Below are positions 17,995-28,100 of a DNA stretch of 64,000 nt, piece by piece; positions within the stretch are counted from its first letter, which is position 1; each line of letters begins with the position of its first letter. Source of the stretch: Clostridiales bacterium (lineage in GTDB: Bacteria > Bacillota > Clostridia > Christensenellales > JAISNN01); contig JAITOU010000030.1 of the NCBI GenBank assembly GCA_031289755.1, forward strand, positions 428 through 64,427, read 5' to 3'. The translations under genes and the position numbers were made by a program. The notes beneath the pieces are model-generated. The model had not been told where the DNA came from. It searched no databases and saw nothing but the letters and a program-made list of their open reading frames with translations.

Positions 17995-18864
17995 ATGGAC
18001 AATATCGCCGCTCATTTACAAAAAGAAACGGGGCTGTCAATGATAAGGATAGAGAGTATTCTCGCCGACACAAAAAAAGAATACCGTACCTATTCTATCC
18101 CTAAGAGTACGGGCGGACGCCGCTCGGTATCCGAGCCGTCAGCCGACTTAAAGGCTCTCCAAAGGGCTGTGTTGCCGTACATCAAAAAACCCGAAGTCAA
18201 CAAAGCCGCGTCCGCATACGAAAGCGGTTCGTCGGTCAAAAAAAACGCCGAAAGACATATCAAAGGCAAGCATATCCTGCATATGGATATAAAGGATTTT
18301 TTTCCTTCGGTCGGGCGCGATATGTTTTTTGACACATATTCGGGGGAGCTTTCCGTAGGAGATGCGGAGCTTTTGTGGAAGATAGTTTCTTTGGACGGCG
18401 GCTTGCCGATAGGTGCGGCTACGTCGCCCTTTATAGCCAATCGAATCATGGCAAAGACGGACAAAAAACTCGGCAGGCTTTCGCTTTCCGTTTTTTTGAA
18501 ATATACGCGGTATGCCGACGATATGATTTTTTCTTCGCGCATAAGGCTCAGGCAGTCGCTTGCGGACAAAATCGGAGCGATTATCGAAAATGCCGGATTT
18601 GAAGTCAACGGCAAAAAGACATATTTTATGTCCGCACGGAAACAGGTCACGGGCATAATCATCACCGACAATAACGAGCTTTCGGTCGGCACGTCCTACA
18701 AAAAACAGCTCAAAAAGGATATCTACAACCTTTTGGTAAAAAATTCGGGAAAGCGCGGCGCGGTGCGCGGAAAATACGCCCATTTGCAATTTATCGAACC
18801 GGAATATGCCGATACAGTCAAGAAAAAATATATTAGATACGACAAAATCGGTTTTTTTAAATAA
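17995..18864 (+). CDS. Retron-type reverse transcriptase (289 aa)
   Basis: RT palm motifs MDIKDFFPS, LPIGAATSP and YADD (18511-22). Retron-characteristic NAERH (NAxxH, aa 84-88) and RKQVTG (VTG, aa 218-220). RBS GGGGGGA. No fused extra domain. Confidence 0.9.
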   Translation: MDNIAAHLQKETGLSMIRIESILADTKKEYRTYSIPKSTGGRRSVSEPSADLKALQRAVLPYIKKPEVNKAASAYESGSSVKKNAERHIKGKHILHMDIKDFFPSVGRDMFFDTYSGELSVGDAELLWKIVSLDGGLPIGAATSPFIANRIMAKTDKKLGRLSLSVFLKYTRYADDMIFSSRIRLRQSLADKIGAIIENAGFEVNGKKTYFMSARKQVTGIIITDNNELSVGTSYKKQLKKDIYNLLVKNSGKRGAVRGKYAHLQFIEPEYADTVKKKYIRYDKIGFFK

Positions 18865-18905
18865 AAATTGTTTTTAATTCAAGGATTATTCTAAAATAAA
18901 ATCAA

Positions 18906-18936
18906 AGCGGTTTCCCGTGCGGAAGCCGTTTTTTTG
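18906..18936 (+). terminator. Intrinsic terminator after the RT gene
   Basis: GCGGTTTCC-CGTGC-GGAAGCCGT hairpin followed by a T-run. Confidence 0.75.
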
Positions 18937-19118
18937 TCGTTGTTCGTTGTACGGGGCAGGCAACGCCGTCCAAAAAATACTTGCTTCAAATTTTACCCGA
19001 TTTGCGCTGTGTTGCCGTAACTTACATATTTAAAGAAACATACAATAAAGTATATTATTGCTATGCTTAGGAAATGCCGACGACCTTACGAGTCATCGTT
19101 TCCTTTACGGGTGCTTCG

Positions 19119-19808
19119 ATGAATATTGTTACCGTTACGGATAAGAGTATAATGGACGAAATATACGACTATCAGAGTATGCTAAACGAAGGGGATATCT
19201 TGATAGCCGGTTTCGGCACTACCGACGATTTTAACTATATATCCGAATTTGCCGGCAAAACCGAAAATTTAAAAAAGTTTGTAAAATTTTCCAAAGACAA
19301 AAGGATAATTTTTATCGCGGCTACGGTTTCGAGATTGCTTGGAAAATATTACAATACCGCTATCGTCATACACAAGGGCAACATACTCGGTGTGTCCGAC
19401 CAGACGCACAAGACGCGTTCGGAGCTGACGCTCGGCAACAATCTCAAACTCTACGAGACAGACGAGGGCAATATCGGAATCCTTATAGGCGAAGACATCT
19501 TTTTTCCCGAATGCGCTATGGCATTGGCACTTGGCGGTGCGGACAGAATAATCTATCTCTCTGCCTCGGAATACGGCAAGGACGCCGATATTATGCTCAA
19601 AGCTTCGGCGATTTTTTGCGGAATGAGCATTGTAGCCGTGTTCGCGGATTTTACCATAGAATACACAAACAGGGGTGCGAGAAATATCATCGAATCGGAG
19701 GATTTGCTGATTTTTGAAAGCACGGTCAAAAAGAACGATTTGTATATAAAAAACAGACGGCAAATAGTCTACGAAAATATCGTCGTCACAAGGCAGGTAG
19801 GGGAATAG
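19119..19808 (+). CDS. Carbon-nitrogen hydrolase (nitrilase superfamily)-like protein, apparently catalytically degenerate
   Basis: YNTAIVIHKGNILGV...IGILIGEDIFFPE...GGADRIIYLSA follows the CN-hydrolase core pattern. The position of the nucleophile Cys (usually IC.D) reads IGED, and the first-motif Glu is not evident. The start is uncertain (19074, 19119 or 19152). Confidence 0.55.
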   Translation: MNIVTVTDKSIMDEIYDYQSMLNEGDILIAGFGTTDDFNYISEFAGKTENLKKFVKFSKDKRIIFIAATVSRLLGKYYNTAIVIHKGNILGVSDQTHKTRSELTLGNNLKLYETDEGNIGILIGEDIFFPECAMALALGGADRIIYLSASEYGKDADIMLKASAIFCGMSIVAVFADFTIEYTNRGARNIIESEDLLIFESTVKKNDLYIKNRRQIVYENIVVTRQVGE

Positions 19809-19963
19809 TACGGGCAAACAAATGAAATATATGTGATTTTGGCTTTGAGTATCGTTGTCAATTATATAATCATATCAAAACCACCTTAATAAGGTTTTAT
19901 TAAGACGGATTGCCCGACGGCAATCCGTTTGACTTTTATGTCGTTTTTTTGTATAATAGCGTC

Positions 19964-20446
19964 ATGTTTAACATAGTATTGTATGAGCCGGAGATACCCC
20001 AGAATACCGGCAATATCGTCAGAACGGCGGTAGCGACGGGCAGTACCGTTCATTTGATAAAGCCGCTCGGCTTCGATATTTCGGACAAACATTTAAAGCG
20101 CGCCGGACTCGATTATTGGAAGGACGCCAAAATTTTTATGTATGAAAATTTCGGCGATTTTTCCGCCAAAAATCCCGGCAGATATTTTTTTGCTTCGACA
20201 AAAGCCGGTAAGAGATACGACCTTGAAGAATACAGAAAGGGCGATTACATAATATTCGGTCCGGAGTCAAGGGGCTTGAACGAAGTGCTTTTAAAGGACA
20301 ACTACGCCCGAGCCGTGCGCATTCCGATGACCCCCGACAACCGTTCGCTCAATCTCAGCAACAGCGTCGCGGTCATAATCTACGAAGCTCTCAGACAGTA
20401 CGGCTTCGACGGCTTGATAGATAAAGGACATTTGACAGGGGAGTAA
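19964..20446 (+). CDS. trmL: tRNA (cytidine/uridine-2'-O-)-methyltransferase TrmL (SpoU family)
   Basis: MFNIVLYEPEIPQNTGNIVRT...HLIKPLGF...LNLSNSVAVIIYEALRQ, 160 aa. Confidence 0.85.
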   Translation: MFNIVLYEPEIPQNTGNIVRTAVATGSTVHLIKPLGFDISDKHLKRAGLDYWKDAKIFMYENFGDFSAKNPGRYFFASTKAGKRYDLEEYRKGDYIIFGPESRGLNEVLLKDNYARAVRIPMTPDNRSLNLSNSVAVIIYEALRQYGFDGLIDKGHLTGE

Positions 20447-20527
20447 TTTGCGGTGCGGACAGATTTCGTTTATGCAAATAAGCCGTCCGCAATTCAAGAA
20501 AAAAACATCGGCAGGGAGATTTGAAAA

Positions 20528-21742
20528 ATGGATAAAGATAAGCTTTCTTTGTACTACATAAGGCTCAAAGACAAGACGCTAAATATATCGCTGCGCCCCG
20601 TTGTGGCGGCGGCTATGTCTAAGGGCGTCAAGGTACATAAGGTCGTATACGGCGAGCCTAAGTCCAAGCTGACGGCTTCGGAGCTTTTTACCGACAAGTC
20701 GGCAAAAAAGCCCGTGCTGATATATATACACGGCGGCGGTTGGGTACAAGGCTCTAATACTATAAGAAATCCTTACTGTTCGCGTATAGCCGATTTGGGC
20801 TTTTATGTCCTGAATATCAATTATGAATTAGCGCCGGACGCGCCGCACCCCGCGCAAGTCAGGAATATTTTTCGCGCCGTAAGCTATGTGTTTGAAAAAA
20901 AAGATGAATACAATCTCGATACGGACAGTATTTTTTTCGGCGGCGATTCGGCGGGCGCGCATCTCGCGGCTTTGGCGGCGGGCGTCACCGTCAATCAAAG
21001 GCTCTATGACGGCTTTGAGATAGACTTCGCTCAAAAAGACGTCTTTAAGGTCAAAGGGCTTATCATGATTTGCGGCGTATTTGAATTTGTCAGCTGCCGC
21101 CATTCCGACTTTCCGAATATGTTTCTCTATCTCAAAGCCTATTCAGGCTACGACGTGAGAGAATTAGAGAACGAGAACGGCTTTTTGGAAAGGCAGGACA
21201 TAAAGGATATGTGTCCCGTGACGTTAGTCAATCCCGAATATCCGCCTTGCATAGTCCTGTCGGGCGAGAAAGACCCTTTGAGATTTTCGTCCGACGTCTT
21301 TTGCGACACCCTTCAAAATAACGGCGTAAAGACTGCGGCGTTTAGGGGAACGGGGCGTTATTCTCTGCATTGCTTTCCGCTCTACGACGGCAACGAAAAC
21401 GGCAAAAAAGCCATGAAAGAGGTCTACGCTTTTTTGCATGAAATATTAGGCGAAAACTACGGTCTAAACAAAATCGGCGCAGCCCCCGTCGACAGCAACG
21501 AAATCGGCGGCAGCGTTCTCAAACAATCGAGCGGCACATACGACGGCAATGAATCCGCCGAACAAACGGAAAAGGACGGCGGCATACTTAATCAACCGAG
21601 CGGCGCAAGCGGCGGAGAAAATACCGCCGAACGGACGAAAAAAGCCGACGCAAACAAAGCGGAGCTTAATCGACGGTCTCGTATAGATACGAAAGCGCAG
21701 AGTGAAGAACAAGCGGAGATAGCCGCCGATATTTATGAGTAA
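20528..21742 (+). CDS. Alpha/beta hydrolase (HSL-type esterase/lipase) with a low-complexity C-terminal tail
   Basis: HGGGW oxyanion motif and GDSAGA nucleophile elbow. The C-terminal roughly 100 aa are Gly/Ser/Glu-rich. Confidence 0.8.
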   Translation: MDKDKLSLYYIRLKDKTLNISLRPVVAAAMSKGVKVHKVVYGEPKSKLTASELFTDKSAKKPVLIYIHGGGWVQGSNTIRNPYCSRIADLGFYVLNINYELAPDAPHPAQVRNIFRAVSYVFEKKDEYNLDTDSIFFGGDSAGAHLAALAAGVTVNQRLYDGFEIDFAQKDVFKVKGLIMICGVFEFVSCRHSDFPNMFLYLKAYSGYDVRELENENGFLERQDIKDMCPVTLVNPEYPPCIVLSGEKDPLRFSSDVFCDTLQNNGVKTAAFRGTGRYSLHCFPLYDGNENGKKAMKEVYAFLHEILGENYGLNKIGAAPVDSNEIGGSVLKQSSGTYDGNESAEQTEKDGGILNQPSGASGGENTAERTKKADANKAELNRRSRIDTKAQSEEQAEIAADIYE

Positions 21743-22121
21743 GGAATGTTGAAAAACTTCTTTCTCAAATAAGCTTTTAAAAAACGGAGAGTTTTAAAAT
21801 CGAGATTTTAATACAGTTTAATAAAACAATCCGTTTTAAAAAAATCATTTAAAAAAGCTAAAAAGAGCATTAGCACAAATACTGCTATATGCAGTAAACT
21901 GCTACTGCTGTTTTTTTGCCGACGCCCAAAATAAGCTTTGCTAAATTCCATTTGAATCTGCCGGGAGAATGCGGAGTATTATTCAAAAAACAAAAAACAA
22001 TCTTTTTAATGCGTATAAATATCCGAATGTCGTACAGTATAAAATAAAAGAGTAAAAAGGGGCATTATGTCAAAATAAACAAATATTAGCTTACGTTAGT
22101 TAGTTTTTTTTCGGAAATGTA

Positions 22122-22150
22122 TTGACAAAAAATATTCTGTGTAATATAAT
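22122..22150 (+). promoter_or_regulatory. Perfect consensus promoter upstream of the three-gene envelope operon
   Basis: TTGACA (22122-27), a 17-nt spacer, and TATAAT (22145-50). A roughly 255-nt leader follows. Confidence 0.65.
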
Positions 22151-22405
22151 AGACACGAAAAAAGCAAACAGACAAAAAATATTATCAAGAAAAGCATAGG
22201 GGGGTAAACGCAAAGACCGATTTTGTTTCGGAAATAAAATGCAGACGGGTAATTCGGAGATTGTTCCTTCTGTATTTTTTATTTTTTTTGCGTTTTATAC
22301 TTGGAAATAATCCGGACATACGGGGGATATTATTATCTCTTAGTGTTCGGATTTTTTTTATGCTTTTTTATATTCGGAATCAAAAAAAAGGAGGGAAGGC
22401 AACAT

Positions 22406-23959
22406 ATGGATACCATAATGTTGGTCAAAGCAAAAGCGACGTTTTTTCGCGTATTGAAAGTAGCGTCGTATTTGTTGAGTTTTCCGTTGCTTCTTTACGT
22501 CATTTACGGTGACGCAAAGACGCTTAGCGGATACGGCGTCACAGCCGCTTCGGGAATGAGTGCGTTTAAGCTAATCGCACTGTGTTTTTTGGGTGTGGCG
22601 GCGTTGCAGGTCGTCATCGGGTTTGTTCTCCGAAAAAAAGATTTTTTTGTGAGAGCATTGACGGCGGCGGTCGCGGCTTCCGCCGTAGTAGTTATACCCG
22701 TTCTCGGTATAGAAATCGGAATCAAAAAGGATTTTGATTTGTTGAGAACGCAATATGCCGAAGACGGCGGCTATGACTTCGAGCGTTACGAAAAACAGCT
22801 CACCGATTATATCGGACTTGCGGCAAGCCACGACAAAGCCCTAAACGGATTTATGGGAAAATATAATCTGTCGGGGACGAACGGAACGACAAAAGGCGGC
22901 AATCTCGACAGAACGCCTACGGCGGCGGCAAGCGACCCTAAGGGAATTTTTTTAAAGGGCTACGCCGATTACGGACATTACATATTCGGCGAAGCGGTCG
23001 GCGGTACTTACAGCATGAACGGGCTTTATGCCGACGGCTTTATCTTCGGATACAATCAGGCGCAGTATATTTTGAATACTTATCATAATATACGCAATAC
23101 TTATGCGGCTATGGGACTTGACGCGGACGCGGCTCTCGAAAGCGCGCTTACGGCATTGGAGCTTGACGGCTCTGCGTGGAAGGAATACCAAAAAACCGAA
23201 GAATATCTCCGCGCCAACGGCGACGCTCCGGCTGTCGGCGAAGGCGAACAAAAAATCCTGATAGGCGACCGCGAATACGACGTTTACAGAATGTTTGCAG
23301 GACACTATTATCTGACTCCCGACGAAGTAAAGGAAATGCTCAATACTCTTACCGGCTACATTGCCGGCGCGCCCGTGACGGGCGATATCGTGGCGATAAT
23401 AGAAGGGCTGAACGGTCTTATCGGACTCAATCTTTCCGATGAGATTTTGGATATCCTGCGCAATTACCGCGACTTAGACTATGACGCGTTTATGGAGATT
23501 TTGGACAATCTCGCTATCGACATAGGCGGACAGACGCTCAACGAAGCGTTAATCCTACAATATATAAGCGACTATTCTTTTTATCAGTCGCCGACCTCTT
23601 ATCCAAAAATTTTCTTTATCAAAAACGGCGCGCTGCGCGACTATGCTTACGCCAAATATCTCGGTACAAAGCACGGCGCGTTTGTCGGCTCGGTGCTGAT
23701 AGGCGACGGAGTGGGGGCGGTTACGCTCGACAACACCAAAGGCAATGCGCCGATGAGTGAAAAAGAACTCGATAAGCTTTTTGCACGCATAGAAGCCGAA
23801 CAGGCTTATATGTCCGAATATTATCCTTGGTTAGCGGTGAGAAGCGGTCTTATCAAATTTGGGGGGCTTGTGCCTGCCGGAATGATATTGGCATACTTCT
23901 TTGCCGCCGCCGAGAAAAAGAATTTTTACCGCCTTATAGCCAAAGGAGGCAAAGCATGA
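22406..23959 (+). CDS. Hypothetical membrane protein (3 N-terminal TM helices, large extracytoplasmic domain, C-terminal TM helix)
   Basis: Start chosen at MDTIMLVK, behind AAGGAGGGAAGG. No family recognised. Confidence 0.75.
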   Translation: MDTIMLVKAKATFFRVLKVASYLLSFPLLLYVIYGDAKTLSGYGVTAASGMSAFKLIALCFLGVAALQVVIGFVLRKKDFFVRALTAAVAASAVVVIPVLGIEIGIKKDFDLLRTQYAEDGGYDFERYEKQLTDYIGLAASHDKALNGFMGKYNLSGTNGTTKGGNLDRTPTAAASDPKGIFLKGYADYGHYIFGEAVGGTYSMNGLYADGFIFGYNQAQYILNTYHNIRNTYAAMGLDADAALESALTALELDGSAWKEYQKTEEYLRANGDAPAVGEGEQKILIGDREYDVYRMFAGHYYLTPDEVKEMLNTLTGYIAGAPVTGDIVAIIEGLNGLIGLNLSDEILDILRNYRDLDYDAFMEILDNLAIDIGGQTLNEALILQYISDYSFYQSPTSYPKIFFIKNGALRDYAYAKYLGTKHGAFVGSVLIGDGVGAVTLDNTKGNAPMSEKELDKLFARIEAEQAYMSEYYPWLAVRSGLIKFGGLVPAGMILAYFFAAAEKKNFYRLIAKGGKA

Positions 23960-25101
23960 AAAAAACATCGGTATTAAAAATCATAGCTTATTTACTCGGC
24001 TTTCCGGTCATAGCCGCTTATGCGGTGTATAAGAGCGTGCCGGCGTTCACTCTCAATTCTACTTACAAGCCGTTTGTCTTTGCGGGACTCTTCCTGCTCA
24101 TATTGGTGGCTATACTGTATTTCACGGCGTCGCTCGTCACAGGCTCGCTCGTCCAAAAGAAAAAGACGGCTCAAACGGCGCGCCGCTGTACCGCGGTTAT
24201 GGTGACGCTGAGCGTCGTGCTGACCGCCGGAGTTTGGTTCGCGATAGACAAGGTTGTGCCGCCGATACTTAGCAATGCGACGCAAAACATTTTGGGATAT
24301 GACGATTTTAAGGAAGATTACGACGAAAAGGCAAGGGTACATTCCGAGCTTTTGGCGGGATTTATCGATATGAATATCGCTAACGGCAGGCTTTCGCCGG
24401 AGAATGCCGACTTGTACAGACTGCAAGGCTACGGCAATAAGGACGTCAAAAATCTCATAGAGCAATCCTATAACAGTCTTAACAACGACGGGTATAATAG
24501 CTTTAACGGTATGCTCTTGTCCTTAGCGGACGGCAGCCGTCTGACGATACCCGTACTGATACATCTTTTGTTTGACGAAAGAGACGACCCGTCTACGGCA
24601 TTTCCGGGCTACACGGGAGAGGGCAGGGGCGACGCGGACAAGGACGCGCCTATCAAATGGTCGATTCTCGACATACAGGAAGGCACGATGACCTTTTCGC
24701 TTGACCTGTCGGCTTTTAATGCCGGAAATTATGACGGACTGATAAAATGGCTGCTGCCTGCACTCTTCGGAGAGGACGGCATGGTAGAAGAACTTTTAAA
24801 GGCAGTCGAAGCCGCCGTGGCGGACGAAGACCTGTTGGGCTCGCCTATATATGTCGATATAGATTATTCCGCCGATACGGTGACCGTTTCGCTTACGCCG
24901 TCAAGCGCGTCAAGGGGAGTATACGATTTTAAAAATATGTCGTTTTTGAACAGCAATCATCTCCTTGTCGCAGTGATTTCTCTGTTTCCTATAAGGAATG
25001 CTTTCTATATCTTCGGAGCTTTCCTGACGCTTTCGACGCTCGTCGTCGGAATGCTTAGACAAAAACAATACGCTAACAAAAAAGGGGGCGCAAAATCATG
25101 A
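23956..25101 (+). CDS. Hypothetical membrane protein with the same topology as the preceding gene product
   Basis: Start at MKKTSVLK overlaps the upstream stop codon (ATGA), with RBS AGGAGG. It has 3 N-terminal TM helices, a soluble domain and a C-terminal TM helix. Confidence 0.75.
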   Translation: MKKTSVLKIIAYLLGFPVIAAYAVYKSVPAFTLNSTYKPFVFAGLFLLILVAILYFTASLVTGSLVQKKKTAQTARRCTAVMVTLSVVLTAGVWFAIDKVVPPILSNATQNILGYDDFKEDYDEKARVHSELLAGFIDMNIANGRLSPENADLYRLQGYGNKDVKNLIEQSYNSLNNDGYNSFNGMLLSLADGSRLTIPVLIHLLFDERDDPSTAFPGYTGEGRGDADKDAPIKWSILDIQEGTMTFSLDLSAFNAGNYDGLIKWLLPALFGEDGMVEELLKAVEAAVADEDLLGSPIYVDIDYSADTVTVSLTPSSASRGVYDFKNMSFLNSNHLLVAVISLFPIRNAFYIFGAFLTLSTLVVGMLRQKQYANKKGGAKS

Positions 25102-28100
25102 AAAAGCTCTATAAAGTCATTATAACCGCCGTACTTATAGCCGTATTTGCGTCGGTTTCCGCCGCCATCTTACTCGGCTATAAGCCCGATATCAAGCCGA
25201 AAGAACCGACGGAAGGAACGGCAAAAATAAGACCTACCGACGTACTCGATATGATATTAAAGGGCGTTCAGCTTGCGGCGTTGCCGGAGGACGGCTACAA
25301 TTTCAACGTCGATTCGCAAGCGTCGTTTACGGTATCGGACAATAACGGCATCGAGCAGACGATAGGCATTAAGGTAAATATGTCCTTTGACTTAGACCCG
25401 TCTATGAGTACCGCCGGCAATATGTATATCATAGAATTGACAAAGAAGGAAGGAGAGACGGAGACGGCTCTGCTTAGTCTGTATTATAAGGACAATCTCT
25501 ACGAAACTCCTTACCTATATGTGGCGGCAGGCGAACAAAAACACGCCGTCAAGTTTACTTCGGTCAAAAGGCTTGCCCAAACGGGTGCGCCCGGCTTGTT
25601 TTCGCCGACGGCTGCCGCGCTGTCCGCAGGCAAGAATATATGGACGACGGACAGCGTTCTCGGCTTGCTTCAACTCGGAGAATACCAAAAAGTCGTCAAT
25701 CTGATAATAAACAACTTTGTTTTAAACGGAGCTAATTCCATAGTCAAAAATCCTTATATCAAGGACGACAAGCGCGCGGCGGGCTTCGAGATAGACATGG
25801 ACAACGTAAAGGCGTTGCTGGATATCGCGGCGGAATTAATCGGCGGCGTAGACGGCGTAGCAAGCACGATTGACGCCGTACTCGACGCTTTTGGCGTCAA
25901 GCTAAGCTTTTCTCAGATAAAGGATATCGTCAACAATATCCCCGAAATGGAGATGAAGGTCAGCGCGGCGTTTGACGGCGCGGGAGCTTTGACGTCTTTA
26001 AAGGCGGGCGTAAAATTCCTTAAAGACACAGGCATAGCCATAGACGCCGCCGACGGAAGCAATCTCGCGGACTTTGTCATACCGGGCGGCAAGACGGTAC
26101 TCTTCGAGCTTTCTAAGTTTGAAATAAAGGCGGGCGCGCCGCTCTTTACCGACTTTCCGTCTGGCTTCGACGCCAACTCTTATTCAAAACACAATCTGAT
26201 AAATTTTGAGATGTCGGGCGTCGCTCAAATAGAGTCGTTCAGAGAAATCGACAAGGACGGCAATTATATATGGGAGACGAGACCGGGATATGATTATACC
26301 GTAGAAGCGGACCTTGACCCGTTCGCGCTTTTGAACGGCGTTGACAAAGCCCACTTAGAGGACAGCATCATGGCTATGGGCAAATTCCGCATTTTCGTTT
26401 GGGAAATGGGAACGACCGCGACCAAGCTCGAATTGGTTTTTGACCCGTCGAGCAGCGGTACGGATTCGATTCTGGTTCAATTTCAGCTATTAAGCTTCGC
26501 GGCTCTTGCAGGTACGCAAAAGCTTTCGTTTGACGTTTCCGACCTTATAGATTATATAAGCGGCGAACCGCAGGCGGCAGGCACGGCAAGAACGGCGGAC
26601 ACAGGCACGGTGAATGCAAACGCCTTAGACGTAGGCGGAGCAATCGGCAATATAGAGAATATTTTGAATCTTTTAGGCTTTGAATACGAAAAGCTTGACG
26701 ACGGCATAGCGTTATCCTTGTTTCCGCGTTATTTGGACGCGCTCGCAAGCTTTCAGAACGAATTGATGTCCGATTGGGGAGAGCGCCTCTATGTCACGCT
26801 CGGCGGCTTCTCCTACGGCACGATGTCGCCGAATGCGGACATTTACACGCACATCGCCACTTCGTCGAATATGTTTTTCCATTCGATGACGCAGGAAGGC
26901 GTGCCGGATGCGAATAAGGTGATAACAAATTACAAATACGGTCAAAAATTCCAGGACGGATATTCCACCGTCGACATGATGATAACTTACAGATACGATA
27001 ACAATTCCAAATTAAGCACGTTAAAAAAATCTATGAAGGTTATCGGAACAAGGGGCTTTGACAGCTACAAGACGGGCTTGCAAGAAGTGACGCTCTTCCT
27101 TATAATACCGCCGGGTTCGGGCCAGACGGGAGTATACGACGCGTTTGCAGACGGAAATCTGCCTTACGGTATCGTCAAATACACCTATACGGTTATGATA
27201 GCGGCTCCCGAAACGGGCGCGGTTTACAGCTTCGTTTCGGACAATATCAAAGCCGGAAGCAAGGTCTTTGACAAGGAAGTCAAAAAAGACGGAATGACCA
27301 TGCAGGCCTCCGACAGATTCTTTGTTAAATCCTTTGCGCTCTATACAAAAGACCCGTCGGCAGGCGGCGTATTGTCAAACGGCATAGACGCGTCGGGCAA
27401 GGCTATATCGGCTGGTAAATATTATATAGAAGTCGTTTTGAGCGACGGCAATACCTTTGCTCAGGACATCTATGTCAATGAGATTTATATACCTAACCTT
27501 TCCGAAAAGCTCGTCAGGGGCAGACCGTCCACCGACATTTACGGTTATACGAAGTATTACGATACGGTGCAAGGTGCGGTCGTGACGCAGGAAATCATAC
27601 CGAGCCTTATCAACACGAGCGCAAGCTATCTTCTCTTTCTCAACATCGGCAACGGAATTATTGCGGGTAACGGTTTTCAGACGACGGATTTGCAAAAGCC
27701 GAACGTGGGATTGAAATATACCTATTCGTATGCGTCCGGCGGAAATGTCGTGACGACGACGGCTACCTACGACGGATTGCGCGTCAAAATATACGACGAT
27801 TTACTCGAAGTGCAAGCGGACAGTATAGCTTCTTCGTATAAAGCGCATGAAGGCGGTTATGTAGGCACGGGAAATTGGATACACCGCGCTACGGCAAGCG
27901 GACAATTATATACCGCCAACCTGACCTACGGCAGCGGATTAAAATTTATAAACGGCGCATACCAAATATGGGACGTGTACGGAAACGTCATAGCCGACAA
28001 GGTGAGAATAGTCGTCTTGACGGGCGTAAACGGCACGGACGTTACGGAACAATATTATGACGCCGACACGGGAAAATTTAGAGTCAGAACCGACGGACAA

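Noticed and set aside
17783-18073. 96-aa minus-strand ORF overlapping the retron non-coding region and the RT start.
   Set aside because: It has no RBS and an odd composition. It lies antisense to a strongly supported promoter, ncRNA and RT arrangement.
18090-18789. Two overlapping minus-strand ORFs (200 and 213 aa).
   Set aside because: They are antisense to the RT gene, which carries unambiguous RT motifs.
22301-22405. Upstream extension of the first envelope-operon ORF, together with the 83-aa ORF at 22261-22512.
   Set aside because: There is no RBS. The strong AAGGAGGGAAGG sits right before the ATG at 22406.
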